From the NCBI GenBank assembly GCA_965248205.1, contig CBDFIS010000006.1, positions 6,476,276 to 6,540,275 on the forward strand: DNA of 64,000 bases, given 5' to 3'. Source of the stretch: Bryobacterales bacterium (lineage in GTDB: Bacteria; Acidobacteriota; Terriglobia; Bryobacterales; UBA6623). Positions 42,060 through 52,680 of this stretch are shown here, one piece after another; the first letter of the stretch is position 1, and each line of letters opens with the position of its first letter. The notes beneath the pieces are model-generated. The model worked only from the letters and a program-made list of their open reading frames with translations, ran no database searches and was not told the origin of the DNA. The position numbers and the translations under genes are program-made.

Positions 42060-45000
42060 CTACTGGATGCTGACGGTGACGGTATTGGCGGTTTTGCCAT
42101 CGACTGTTAGGAGGATGTTCACCTCACCCCGGCCGATCAGTGATCGTGGCAGAGGGCCGAGGTTGGCCTGGTCGAGCCCCACGAACTGCGGCTGGGCCAC
42201 CGGGCCGAACACGCCCACTACCACGTCACCGACGGTGGCGGTGGCATTGTCCGTGAAGCCTCGCAGGCCGGTCCCGAACAACAGCAGGAAAATCTGATCC
42301 CCGTCAGGGCCGAGGTCGATCGGGAGGGCGGCCCGGCTGCCTTCCGGGGCAGTACCGTCAAAGACGAGCTGGCTCGTCTGGGTGCCGTCGGTGGCCACCC
42401 GTAGAGCGACTGCGGCGGCCACACCCTGACCGTTGGCGTTGGCGGCGAACAGGCTGGGAGCAACGTCATTGATCCGCAGGGTTCCCCGCGCGACTTCTTG
42501 GCCGTTCGTTTCCACCACCACCAGGGCGAGACCGGCTGCGGCGCCCTCGGGGATGAGATAGTTGATTTGACCGGGCGCGACGAAGAACAACTGCGCCAGA
42601 TACTCGGTTCCTCCGCTATCGGTGATTCTAACCACCGTGCCCGCCAGCGAGGTTGGCAGGGGTAGCTCTGTGGCGACAACAATCCCCGTGGCCAACCCCT
42701 CGCCGAAGCCGCTGGCAATCGACTCGGGCGCCGCACCGAATTCGCCACTGAAGCTGGCGGCCGAGACGGTGGTCAGCACGGGCGGCGGCGTTCCGGGCTC
42801 GATCTTGGCGACCAAGACATCCGCAAGGCCCGCACTGCTGGTTTGGAAGGCCCCGAAGGTGACCGGGGAGTTGCCCGACGAGCTGAGCCCGGTGACATAT
42901 GCGTCTCCTGCTGCATCCAGTGCTATAGACACTACAGAGTCCCGGTCGCTGCCTCCCAAGTACGTGGAGTAGCCGATAGTAGAACCGTCAGGATCCAGCC
43001 TGACCACAAAACCGTCACTCATTCCCCCGTTCGCAGGCTGGAAGGCACCGATGGAGGGGAAATCACTCGAATCCGTCTCGCCCGCAACGTAAGTGTTGCC
43101 GCTCGAGTCGACAGCGACGTCGAAGCCGATATCCATACCAGTCCCACCAAGGAACGTGGAATAGACGAGTTCCGAGCCTTGCGCGTTTAACTTGCTCACA
43201 AACGCGTCAAAGCCCAGCAGGTCGTCGCCTCTGAGTTGCTCGCTTGCGGCATTCAGGGTCGGGAAGCCGGTCGAACCCGTGACCCCGGTGACGTAGGCGC
43301 TGCCGTCGCTGTCGACAGCAATGCCGAGGCCGTAATCACTGCTCCCTCCGCCTAGAAAGCTCGAAAAGAGTAAAGCTGTGCCGTCGGCCTCAACCTTACT
43401 CACAAAAGCATCGAAATGCCCGGCCAGCTCCGTTTGCAAGGCGTCCACCGTGACCGGGAAGTTCTCCGACAACGTCGCCCCCGTCACGTAGGCGTTACCT
43501 TCGGTGTCCAGGGCGATGCCGCGCGCGAAGTCGTCTTCGCTGCCGCCAAGGTAGGTGGCGTACACAACCTCGCTTCCCGCTGGGTTCAATTTGGCGACGA
43601 AGTCGTCGAACCGGTTACATACTGACTGCCGTCGGGACCAACAGCAATGCTTCCACCCGCGTCATAGTCGCCACCCCCCACATAGCTGGAATACGACAGC
43701 ACCGGGTCGATCACGAGCGGCCGGGACGTGTCGTAGGAATCGACCTGAAACCCAACCAAATCCCCTTCACTGACTCTGTAGCGGCCGGCGATCTGCTGCC
43801 GGTCCCCGTCGACTACTTGGTAGATGAACGGCCTTTTGAAGTGGAATTGTTCCGCTCGAGATTCGAGAAGCAGATTCCCGTGCTCGTCAAGTCCCAGCTT
43901 GTCGACCCCCTGAAACGTCAGCCGTATCTGATTGGGACTTGCCCCGGGGGAAATAATGAAGTCGTAGGCGAGTTGGCGCTGTTTGCCGTAGTAAACCAGG
44001 TCTACTCCGGGGTAAACTTCTTCGTACTTGACTTTCCTGTAATGCGGCACATTGGTGCGCCACTTTGCGGGATCATTCCCAAACAGGTAATGGCTTTTCC
44101 CAGGTTGTGCCTCCAGCCCCGCAACCCTCGGTGACGCAAGCGCTCCCACAAGCTGCATACGCACAACGGACGTTGAGGGTGCGGTGACCTTGGAAACCGG
44201 GGTGGTGACCAGCAATGCTTCTTGGGGGGTCAGATAGAGCCTATATCCGAGTCCCCGGGCGAGATAATCGACGGTCATGTCGGCCTGCCCCCGATTAGCC
44301 TCAAAGGTCAAGGGTACTTGGTCATACTTGGCTCGAACTTGCTGACCTTCGCTGGTAGGTCTTTTGCGACTTCGCTTTTCTGGGGGAGCGACGAAGTTGG
44401 CTAAGAGTTCGCGATCCGCCAGATAGTCCCGTACCTGCTGGAGGGTGCTCTGCAATGCTGACCCAGCGTAGGCTTGGAAGTGCTCGATCACGTCCGCAAT
44501 TTTATTCACCCCACCTCCATGCAGCCGCACCACTCGCGCGATAGCAATCGCTTGGAGCAGCGGCGAGTACGTTTTCACGTTTTCAAGCAGGCGCTGGAAC
44601 AACTCAGGATCGTCCAACAGAATCTGCACGGTCTCGTCGGGGGAGAGGTCAGCCGGGTCCCTGTGTGGTGCCTGTCGCGCGAGAAGTTCGTTCCACGAGC
44701 CGCGTAGCGGGGCTAGCGAACGCGGCAGGTGGGCCCCTCGAAGCATGGCCGTCAGAGCGCCGAGTCCCGACACGACCGAGCCTCTGCAAAGAAAAGACGT
44801 ACCGTCGATGGATCCGCTGGCTTCGAAATCTGTTCGATCCAATGGTTCTGCGGAAGGTGGGACATGCTCGAAGGTCGCTCGTCCGTTGGCGTCGGTCTGG
44901 AGGGTGACCGTCGATAAGGTCGGTGTCTCAGAAGAGTCCAAGAACGCGGGTTTCGTTGCGAGCAACGAGATCGTCACGCTTTCAGAAGGAGGAGCGCCGT

Positions 45001-45760
45001 CAACGTTCACAACCACGCTTGCCGGATGTGGCAGATGCCGAGCCGGATTCGATAGATGGTTCTCAAATACGTGAGTCGGCAGGTAAGTGTTGCGCGGCTG
45101 AATTCGGCACGTAGGTGCGCCCTCGGGTGCGATCGTCACCGACCAGTTATCGATGCCGCTTTCTCGGAATACGGTACTAAACCCGCGTGTGCTGTTCCTT
45201 GTAATGTAGCCGAACTGGATTGGGCTTGCAGTCGCCGAAAAATCGGGCTCTCGCGGACCGCTGCCTACATTAAAAAACTCCGATGCCGTCAAGCCCGCCT
45301 GGCCGAAAAGGGACCAAGTTCCGTTGAACACGTTATCCTGCGGCAACGACCGGTAATACATGCCGTTCTGCAACAGCACCAAAGAATAGCCGACCGCCAA
45401 TCCGGGGGGTGGGTTCAGGTGGATTGCGTCGTACGAATAGCCGATTGAAGCAATAGATCCTTGCCCGGCAGGGTCATAGACGGCCCCTGCTCGCAGGTGG
45501 GCCACGCCGATAAGCCCCTGTGTGTATTGGTGGGTAACACGCCGGAATGGGCCATTATCTGCTCCGCTTCCGCCTGAGGAGACTTGCGCAGCCGTAAACA
45601 CAGCCGATGCCCCCGGCGTTGTGTCCTCCACTTTCTGGGCCGTCCAATCGGCATCGCTGAATGTTTCGTCTGAAAATGTCACCACCTGAGCAGTCAGGGT
45701 GCCCAGCCCTAGCCCTATTACCAGCAGAACCGAGCGCGCGTACCGCAGCAGATTCGACAT
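42060..45760 (-). pseudogene. Secreted SBBP beta-propeller repeat protein with TIGR03437-like C-terminus, frameshifted near 43600
   Basis: Signal peptide after ATG 45760; PLTFEANRGQ...IDPVLSYSSYVGG; SBBP repeats (YVTG.T.S..FP...DAFV.KL); SAASF...APESIAS...QLFFVAPGQINY...GLDQAN tail. Confidence 0.85.
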
Positions 45761-46670
45761 GGTTTCCTCTCCGAGAAAGCGCCGAGACGGCGGCCCTGAA
45801 GTACCGGCGACTTCACTAGATTCTAGCAGCGCGCCTTCGGCGCAATTCACCAATTCGTCCAATGTGTTCATTTGGCGCGAAGTCACAGGAACACGCGCTT
45901 CGCCCGAAGAACAGGTCATCACGAAACCCAAATCCTACGAAATCAACGACACCCCGCGATAAAACCGGAAATTCGCCCCCTGCACTTGTAAACTGGACCC
46001 GAGCCCGCCTCAAATCTGAAACGACCAGTCCCTAAACGCTTCCGGCTGCACCCACCGCCGGATCCCCCTCGATCTGATTCCTCCGCCAATACCCCCGCCA
46101 ATGAATCGCCTCGGGATCCCAAGGCAGCTTCTGCCGGTCCCTCTGTCCAAGAATGGGCGTTCGGAGGGTGCTAGATCCTTCCTGACGGCGAAGGGTTGAT
46201 CCAGGCGTACCGCTTTACGACCCGCCAAGCCCGCCGGCTCGCCCTCGGCGACAGGTCTACCCTGAGCGGAGGGGTGCGAGTCGGGGTGACGAGGGCGCAA
46301 AAATGAAACAAAAAAATTGGGGTGTGGGGTCAACCCCCGGGTACCTGCGCTCTCTCCTCCCGCGTGGGGACAAAGATGGGCCTTTGGGGCTCTGGTGGCC
46401 TCGTCGCCGCGACCTGGGTTGCCCACTGGGGCCCGCGTGCGGCTGTGTTGGTCTGGTCGGGCCCGCGTCCCAGGCGTCGCGCCGGGGTGGTGCCGATAGG
46501 GTGGCGGTGGCGACCCTCTGCCCGCCGGTTGTACTCCCTCGGACCGCCCGCGGGGGGATCGTGTGTGCAGGGCGTGCTCCAAGCCAGCCCGAAAGTGAGC
46601 CCGCGTTGACAGCAATTCTGAGATCCGATAATATACAGGTATCGGACGTTAGAGCCTCACGGAGGGCACA

Positions 46671-47639
46671 ATGACCCAGGCTGACCTGATCCCTACCGGC
46701 GTCACTGAGGCGGCCCTCTCCCCTGTGATGGACCGGGCCCGGGAGTATGCCCGCCAGTCCAAGGCGTCCAACACCATCCGCGCCTACCGGTCCGACTGGC
46801 GAGACTTCGAGGAGTGGTGCTTTCCCCATCGCCGGCGACCTCTCCCCGCGACACCCGAGACGGTGGCCTTGTACCTGACTCAACTGGCCGACCAGGGCCG
46901 CAAATCCTCGACCATCACCCGGCGAGTGTCGGCAATCAGCCAGGCACATCAGATGGCCAGTCGTCGTTCTCCCACGCGAAGCGCCAAGGTGCGGGCCGTG
47001 CTGCGGGGCATCCGTCGCACGAAAGGTACCATGCCCGAGAGTAAGGCTCCCGTGTTGATCGATGACATCCGCCAGATGATGGCCGGCTTGCCAAAGCGCC
47101 TCCTGGGAGTTCGGGATGGGGCCTTGCTGCTGGTGGGTTTTGCTGGAGGATTTCGACGATCGGAGCTGGTCAGCCTCAATGTCGGGGATCTAGAGTTCAC
47201 CGAGGACGGCCTGGTGGTGCGCTTGCGGCGTTCCAAGACCGATCAGGAGGCTGCTGGGAGGAAGGTCGGCATTCCCTTCGGATCAAACCGCGGAACCTGT
47301 CCGGTGCGCTCTCTGAAGGCGTGGCTCGAGGCGTCTGACATCGAGCGCGGGCCTGTGTTCCGGCCGATCAACCGTCATGGGCAGGTCCGGGGGAAGCGGC
47401 TGTCGGACAAGGCTGTGGCTTTGATCGTGAAGCGTGCTGCCGAGGCTGTAGGGAAGGATCCGGCGGAGTTTGCCGGCCATAGTCTCAGGGCTGGGCTGGC
47501 CACTGCGGCAGCAATCGGCGGGGCTTCAGAGCGGTCCATCATGAAGCAGACGGGGCACCGGTCCACGGCGATGGTCAGGCGCTACATCCGGGAGGGGAGT
47601 TTGTTCCGGGAGAACGCGGCGGCGAAGGTTGGTCTGTAG
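46671..47639 (+). CDS. Tyrosine recombinase/integrase (Cre-like, with N-terminal SAM domain)
   Basis: RDGALLLVGFAGGFRRSEL, GHSLRAG, TGHRS, RRYIR: catalytic R-HxxR-H-Y intact. Confidence 0.93.
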   Translation: MTQADLIPTGVTEAALSPVMDRAREYARQSKASNTIRAYRSDWRDFEEWCFPHRRRPLPATPETVALYLTQLADQGRKSSTITRRVSAISQAHQMASRRSPTRSAKVRAVLRGIRRTKGTMPESKAPVLIDDIRQMMAGLPKRLLGVRDGALLLVGFAGGFRRSELVSLNVGDLEFTEDGLVVRLRRSKTDQEAAGRKVGIPFGSNRGTCPVRSLKAWLEASDIERGPVFRPINRHGQVRGKRLSDKAVALIVKRAAEAVGKDPAEFAGHSLRAGLATAAAIGGASERSIMKQTGHRSTAMVRRYIREGSLFRENAAAKVGL

Positions 47640-47876
47640 CGTCGCGGTACGATACGCGAAGCGAGTGAGATGGCTGGCAAGCACCCCGACGGGGTCTCTG
47701 TGATGCCGCCTAGAGGCCAACGCTCGGGGCACAGGACCTCGGCTGGGTTGACGGGTGCGACGTTCCTGCTCGGGGTGTGTGCCAAAAGTGTGCCACGGAC
47801 ATGCATTTTAGGTAGTTCTGCCACTTCTGGCACATTGTAGAATCAATAACTTACGTGTAGCCAACGATGGGTGAAA

Positions 47877-47900
47877 GTTCGAATCCCTCTTCCTCCGCCA
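47877..47900 (+). other. att-like duplicated 3' end of a tRNA-Ser-like gene
   Basis: GTTCGAATCCCTCTTCCTCCGCCA (T-loop to CCA, G discriminator); the 5' T-stem and the rest of the tRNA are absent; 240 bp after the integrase. Confidence 0.75.
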
Positions 47901-48308
47901 TACCACATAAGTGTCTTAATTTGAACAGATTGTGATTCTTGGTGTCGGTTGAGGGCGAAGAGAAGGCGTAAAAACGAGACTTGTCCCACACACAGTCATA
48001 GCCTGATTCGGCGCGAATTCCAAGGCTGCAACAGTCTGCAGGGTGACGTCCTGTTTGGGACTGTCGGTGTTCGCTTCAGGCACGGACGCCCTGTTGGGTC
48101 GGGAGCGCTTGAGGATCAGCCTCGACGGGGCCCGCCTATTCGGTCGGAATCCAGCAAAAGTATAGTTGCAGGAAGGATTACTACTGTCATAGAAGACAGG
48201 CAACGGCAAAAGCTCGGATTTCCGGCGGGTTTGAAGTTCAGATGTAAGTAAAGCATTGCAAATCCTAGAGGTCTCGGTCGGTTACACTCAGATTACCGAT
48301 CTGGAACC

Positions 48309-49091
48309 CTACGACAGTTCTTCTCGCAACCGGTCCACTTCCGCACGAATCAGTTTGCAGCGGCTGCGGAAGATCTCGGAATCAACGGAATACGCTAAAT
48401 AGGTGACCCCTTCACCCATCCAAATCTTGGCTTGCTCCGGCGAATTCGCAAAACAGCCCACGGCAACGCCTTGGCGGGCGGCGGCCGAAGCGATGGAGCG
48501 CATGGCTTCGCGCACCCGAGCGTGCGTGACCTCGCCGGGAATGCCCATCGTCTGCGACAGATCGTAAGGCCCTAGGAAAGCGACGTCGACACCCTCTTCC
48601 GCGAGGATCTCTTCGACGTGGTCCAGCGAGTCTTGTGCTTCGACGTGCAGGACGACTAGCGTGTCCTCGTCGGCCGTCCGCCGAAAGTCTTGGACCTGTC
48701 GCGCCCCATAGTCAGCAGCGCGGACAAACGGATTAAAGCCCCGGACGCCCTGAGGCGCAAACCGTGTAGCGGCGACTGCGCGGGAGGCGTCTTCCCGTGT
48801 TGCGATCTGGGGTATGTGCAAGCCTACAGCGCCCAGATCCAGGACTTCCAGGATGTCCCCTGGATCATTCTTCCTTACGCGCACAAGCGGGGCGATGTCC
48901 GCGGCCTGGGCGGCCCGTATCAGGTTTCCGGTTGCCTCGCCCGAGAAAGCTGCGTGCTCGCGGTCGATGATCACATGATCAAAGCCGCTGAGACCGAGGC
49001 TCTCGACGATTTCGGGCGCGGGAATCTCGACGAAGCAGCCTAGAAGGAAACCGTTCTTCTTGAGGCGCTCTTTGGCGCTGTCGCGATGCAT
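48309..49091 (-). CDS. HpcH/HpaI-family aldolase
   Basis: IIDREH, VLDLGAVG, LHVEA, FLGPYDLS. Confidence 0.9.
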   Translation of the reverse strand: MHRDSAKERLKKNGFLLGCFVEIPAPEIVESLGLSGFDHVIIDREHAAFSGEATGNLIRAAQAADIAPLVRVRKNDPGDILEVLDLGAVGLHIPQIATREDASRAVAATRFAPQGVRGFNPFVRAADYGARQVQDFRRTADEDTLVVLHVEAQDSLDHVEEILAEEGVDVAFLGPYDLSQTMGIPGEVTHARVREAMRSIASAAARQGVAVGCFANSPEQAKIWMGEGVTYLAYSVDSEIFRSRCKLIRAEVDRLREELS

Positions 49092-49103
49092 GACCGGCTG
49101 AGC

Positions 49104-50174
49104 TTAGGACGGACCGACCGATCCGGCCGGGGCGGGGTCTTTTTGTAGTGCGTCCTTTTCCTTGGACTTGAGCAGATCTAGCGCCACATCGACGATCATG
49201 TCTTCCTGGCCCCCGACCATGCGACGGCGACCCAACTCGACCAAGATCTCGCGCGTATCTATGCCGTACTGTTCGGAAGCCTTCTCGGCGTGCCGCAAGA
49301 AGCTCGAGTAGACCCCTGCGTAGCCGAGGGAGAGTGTCTCGCGATCGACGCGGACAGGGCGGTCTTGGAGGGGACGGATCAGGTCTTCCGCGGCATCCAT
49401 GAGTGCGAACAGGTCGCAACCGTGCTGGAAACCGAGCCGATTCGCAACCGCGATGAATACTTCCAACGGAGCGTTGCCCGCACCAGCTCCCATACCGGCG
49501 AGCGAGGCGTCCACGCGCCGCGCACCGTGCTCGATCGCGACAAGAGTGTTTGCGACGCCCAACGACAGGTTGTGATGGGCGTGCATGCCCTTCTGGGTCT
49601 CCGGCTGGAGCACGTCCGCGAAGGCCTGGAATCGTTCCGCGACGTCTTGCGTCAGCAGGGCCCCCGCGCTGTCGGTCACGTAGACACAGTGCGCGCCGTA
49701 GGACTCCATCAGCTGCGCCTGGCGAGCCAGCTCCCGAGGCGGCGTCATGTGGGCCATCATCAGAAAGCCGGCAACGTCCATGCCCAGCTCACGGGCGCAC
49801 TCGATGTGCTGCTTGGCAACATCCGCTTCCGTTGAGTGGGTCGCAACTCGAACCGAGCGCGCCCCGGCCTGATAGGCTTTCTTCAAGTCCTCGATCGTTC
49901 CGATTCCCGGTAACAACAGCGCGGTAACCGTGGCCTGCTTCACGTTCTCGGCAACCGCGGCGATCCACTCGTAGTCGGTGTGCGCGCCTACGCCGTAGTT
50001 GAAGCTCGACCCCGCCAGTCCGTCGCCGTGCGTGATCTCGATCGCGTCCACGCCGGCCGCATCGAGGGCCCGGGCGATCTGGGCCGCTTGCTCGGCGGTG
50101 TATTGGTGACGGATGGCATGCATGCCGTCCCGCAAGGTGACGTCCTGGATGTAGAGTTTCGGTTTGTCGTTCAT
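49104..50174 (-). CDS. dmpG: 4-hydroxy-2-oxovalerate aldolase
   Basis: [43 protein letters not shown]. Confidence 0.95.
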   Translation of the reverse strand: MNDKPKLYIQDVTLRDGMHAIRHQYTAEQAAQIARALDAAGVDAIEITHGDGLAGSSFNYGVGAHTDYEWIAAVAENVKQATVTALLLPGIGTIEDLKKAYQAGARSVRVATHSTEADVAKQHIECARELGMDVAGFLMMAHMTPPRELARQAQLMESYGAHCVYVTDSAGALLTQDVAERFQAFADVLQPETQKGMHAHHNLSLGVANTLVAIEHGARRVDASLAGMGAGAGNAPLEVFIAVANRLGFQHGCDLFALMDAAEDLIRPLQDRPVRVDRETLSLGYAGVYSSFLRHAEKASEQYGIDTREILVELGRRRMVGGQEDMIVDVALDLLKSKEKDALQKDPAPAGSVGPS

Positions 50175-51109
50175 GCGGGCGCCCCCTGTGACACCAGTCG
50201 CTCGGAAAGTCGTTCGCCCGTGGCGAGGGCGGCGGAGGTCATGATGTCGAGATTGCCGGCGTAGGCCGGCAGGTAGTGCGCTGCCCCTTCGACCTCGAGA
50301 TAGACCGACACCTTGAGGCCTCCCGCCGGCAGCGGCTCGGGAAGGGCGTGGCTCTGGTCGGGGGCGATCGGCTCGAACTGGACGTCCTGTTTGAGCCGGT
50401 AGCCGGGAACGTATTGCTGGACCTCCTGAACGGTGGCCTCGATCGAGCGGGCGATGGCATCCGTGTCCGCCAGGTCCGTCAAACAGAAAACGGTATCGCG
50501 CATGACGAGCGGCGGTTCCGCGGGGTTCAGGACAATAATCGCCTTGCCCCGGCCCGCGCCGCCAACCACCTCGAGGCCTCGGGCCGTTGTCTCGGTGAAC
50601 TCATCGATGTTCGCGCGCGTGCCCGGGCCGGCGGACTTACTCGCGATGGATGCCACGATCTCCGTGTAGTGAACCGGCGTTACGCGCCCCACGGCGGCGA
50701 CAATGGGAATCGTCGCCTGCCCGCCGCAGCTCACCATATTCAGATTGGGTTCCTCGAAGTGTTCGCCCATATTCACGATGGGGACTACATACGGGCCAAT
50801 CGCAGCGGGCGTTAGGTCGATAATGCGCTTGCCGCGCTGCCGCAAAACCGCGTCGTGGGGTCCGTGCGCCTTCGCCGATGTCGCATCGAAAACGATTTGG
50901 ACCTTGGAGAACGCGGGCATGTTAACGAAATCGTCAATGCCTCCGTGCGTCGCCGGCACCCCCATGGAATGGGCGCGCGCGAGTCCATCGGAGTCCGGGT
51001 CGATGCCCACCAACGCGCCCATCGTAAGCGCATCGGACGACTGCAGAACCTTCATCATCAAGTCGGTTCCGATATTGCCCGACCCGAGAATCGCAACTGA
51101 CGTCGGCAT
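50171..51109 (-). CDS. dmpF: Acetaldehyde dehydrogenase (acylating)
   Basis: [48 protein letters not shown]; 4-bp overlap with dmpG. Confidence 0.95.
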   Translation of the reverse strand: MPTSVAILGSGNIGTDLMMKVLQSSDALTMGALVGIDPDSDGLARAHSMGVPATHGGIDDFVNMPAFSKVQIVFDATSAKAHGPHDAVLRQRGKRIIDLTPAAIGPYVVPIVNMGEHFEEPNLNMVSCGGQATIPIVAAVGRVTPVHYTEIVASIASKSAGPGTRANIDEFTETTARGLEVVGGAGRGKAIIVLNPAEPPLVMRDTVFCLTDLADTDAIARSIEATVQEVQQYVPGYRLKQDVQFEPIAPDQSHALPEPLPAGGLKVSVYLEVEGAAHYLPAYAGNLDIMTSAALATGERLSERLVSQGAPA

Positions 51110-51147
51110 GAGGGCTGTAGTGTAGCAATTCCTCCGGAGGGGATAGC

Positions 51148-51254
51148 GACCGGCGAGATCGCCGGTCCCTACTGCCGCAGCTTATGACGACTCAAGTAGG
51201 GACTACTGCCGCGCTTATGACGACTCGAGTAGGGACAAGCGATCCCGCTTGTCC
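51148..51254. repeat. REPIN-like element: two inverted GTAG-type REPs with an internal 33/34-bp tandem duplication
   Basis: Minus: GTAG-GGACCGGCG-ATCT-CGCCGGTC (51172-51148); plus: GTAG-GGACAAGCG-ATCC-CGCTTGTCC (51229-51254); tandem units 51169-51202 and 51203-51235. Confidence 0.75.
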
Positions 51255-51347
51255 AGGGCCCGACATGTCGCGCCCGTACATAATAAGCGGTGCAATGCGG
51301 GGCAAGATCCGTTGCTTCCATCACAGCTCAGGTGAACGGTCTTGCGG

Positions 51348-51902
51348 CTAATTGTGGCACAGCTTACAAGCTTTTTCGCGCGGCAGCGTGAGGAGAGCCT
51401 TTGCCGTGGAACCATGCGCGTTGTGGCACTGGCCGCATTCTTCTAGCATGTGCGGCGGGTGGTCGTGGATACCGGCGAACGTCTCTTGCTCGTGGCAAGC
51501 GAAGCAGCCGCCGGTGAAGCGAAAACGGGCGCGGCGACTCAGTCCGTGGCAGTGCGTACATTCAGTGGCAACAGGTGGGTGGCGACGGAAAGGTTTGAAG
51601 CGGGCAGGAGGATCGTCACCTACATAGAATCGGATTTCCTCTCGACCGCTTTCCCAAACTAACGCCAGGGTGTGTTCACCTGGTGCGGCGTTCGTTGAGG
51701 CATGGAAGACATCGGGAAACGGCTGTTCGACTGGAATCGCCTGGCCGTCCAACTCTAGTTTGCCTCCGGGAGCCGTGGCGACAACACTAAGCTTGCCGGA
51801 GAGCAGCGCGGCGCCGTCTTGGGGTCGAACAATCTTGCCTTCTCTCTCGGCGGAAGCGGAAGTCAGCGACAACAGCGTCAGAAACAATAGACGCTTCGTC
51901 AT
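51348..51902 (-). CDS. Secreted tetraheme c-type cytochrome with N-terminal Ig-like domain
   Basis: Signal peptide; four CxxCH motifs (CTHCH, CFACH, CGQCH, CKLCH). Confidence 0.85.
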   Translation of the reverse strand: MTKRLLFLTLLSLTSASAEREGKIVRPQDGAALLSGKLSVVATAPGGKLELDGQAIPVEQPFPDVFHASTNAAPGEHTLALVWESGREEIRFYVGDDPPARFKPFRRHPPVATECTHCHGLSRRARFRFTGGCFACHEQETFAGIHDHPPHMLEECGQCHNAHGSTAKALLTLPREKACKLCHN

Positions 51903-52669
51903 ATTTGAATCCGGCAGATGTAGCCCGAGTACTTGCTGTTGCTGTCGACGCCCCCGGGGCCAATGCCCGCATCGCAGTAGTAGAAAGCGCCGTTATAGCG
52001 CGTCATGCCATGCGGGTCGGGATCCGATTCCTTCCGAAGCTGCACTGCTTCAATGATACGGCCGTCCTTTGCATCGAGTCGCTGAATCACGTAGTCGTTC
52101 GAGAAAACGCACCAGATCGAGCCGTCATCCCATGCCAGGCCGTGGGCGCGGTCCAAGGTCACAGGAATACTGCGAAGGATGTTGAAATCCACATCGACCT
52201 GGGTCAATTTCTTCAGCGTCAGCGTAGTGACCCACAGCGAATTCTCTGCCCAGGTCAAACCATGAAGACCACCTCTTCCGGGAATCGGGTAGCGCGCAAC
52301 CGTGTTGCCGGATTTAGCATCAATCTTGACGACAGCGCCCGTGGTGCCATCACGGGGACGCGGCTTGCGCCGCAAAGGGGGCCCGTTGGCCGCCATCCAG
52401 AGGAATCCTCCTCCGTAGGCCATGCCGCTGGTGTTGGAAGAGTCGGTCGCGATTTTACGCAACACTTTGCCGCTTTCCCAGTCCAGCAAGTAAGCCACGT
52501 CGGTGATCTGCTCCCCAACCCAAAGGCCCTCGGGCGATGCTTCGAGAGCGTTCGGGTAGCCGTCGGGAGATTTCCACAACGGCTCCACTTTCGGACGATG
52601 GACTGGGTAGTCCTTGGCAACCAGTGTGCCGGCCGCCAGCACGGCGATTAGTTCTCTGCGGGTATACAT
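51899..52669 (-). CDS. Exported beta-propeller protein (Vgb/glutaminyl cyclase-like fold)
   Basis: TRRELI twin-Arg-like signal; repeated G(L/M)AW/Y.DG.LW units; ATGA overlap with the cytochrome gene. Confidence 0.65.
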   Translation of the reverse strand: MYTRRELIAVLAAGTLVAKDYPVHRPKVEPLWKSPDGYPNALEASPEGLWVGEQITDVAYLLDWESGKVLRKIATDSSNTSGMAYGGGFLWMAANGPPLRRKPRPRDGTTGAVVKIDAKSGNTVARYPIPGRGGLHGLTWAENSLWVTTLTLKKLTQVDVDFNILRSIPVTLDRAHGLAWDDGSIWCVFSNDYVIQRLDAKDGRIIEAVQLRKESDPDPHGMTRYNGAFYYCDAGIGPGGVDSNSKYSGYICRIQI

Positions 52670-52680
52670 GGTCAATTGCT

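Noticed and set aside
37505-46199. 15-bp direct repeat ACGGCGAAGGGTTGA at 37505-37519 and 46185-46199 as att sites
   Set aside because: Roughly one or two 15-mer matches are expected by chance in 64 kb; no supporting tRNA or boundary evidence.
46200-46660. GC-rich leader with an A-tract upstream of the integrase as a cos/ori/res site
   Set aside because: No clear repeats or terminase/rep gene; resemblance is too vague.
51169-51235. 33/34-bp repeat as a CRISPR array
   Set aside because: The two units are directly adjacent with no spacers, and no cas genes are present; better explained as a REP-associated duplication. The same applies to the 55378-55440 repeats.
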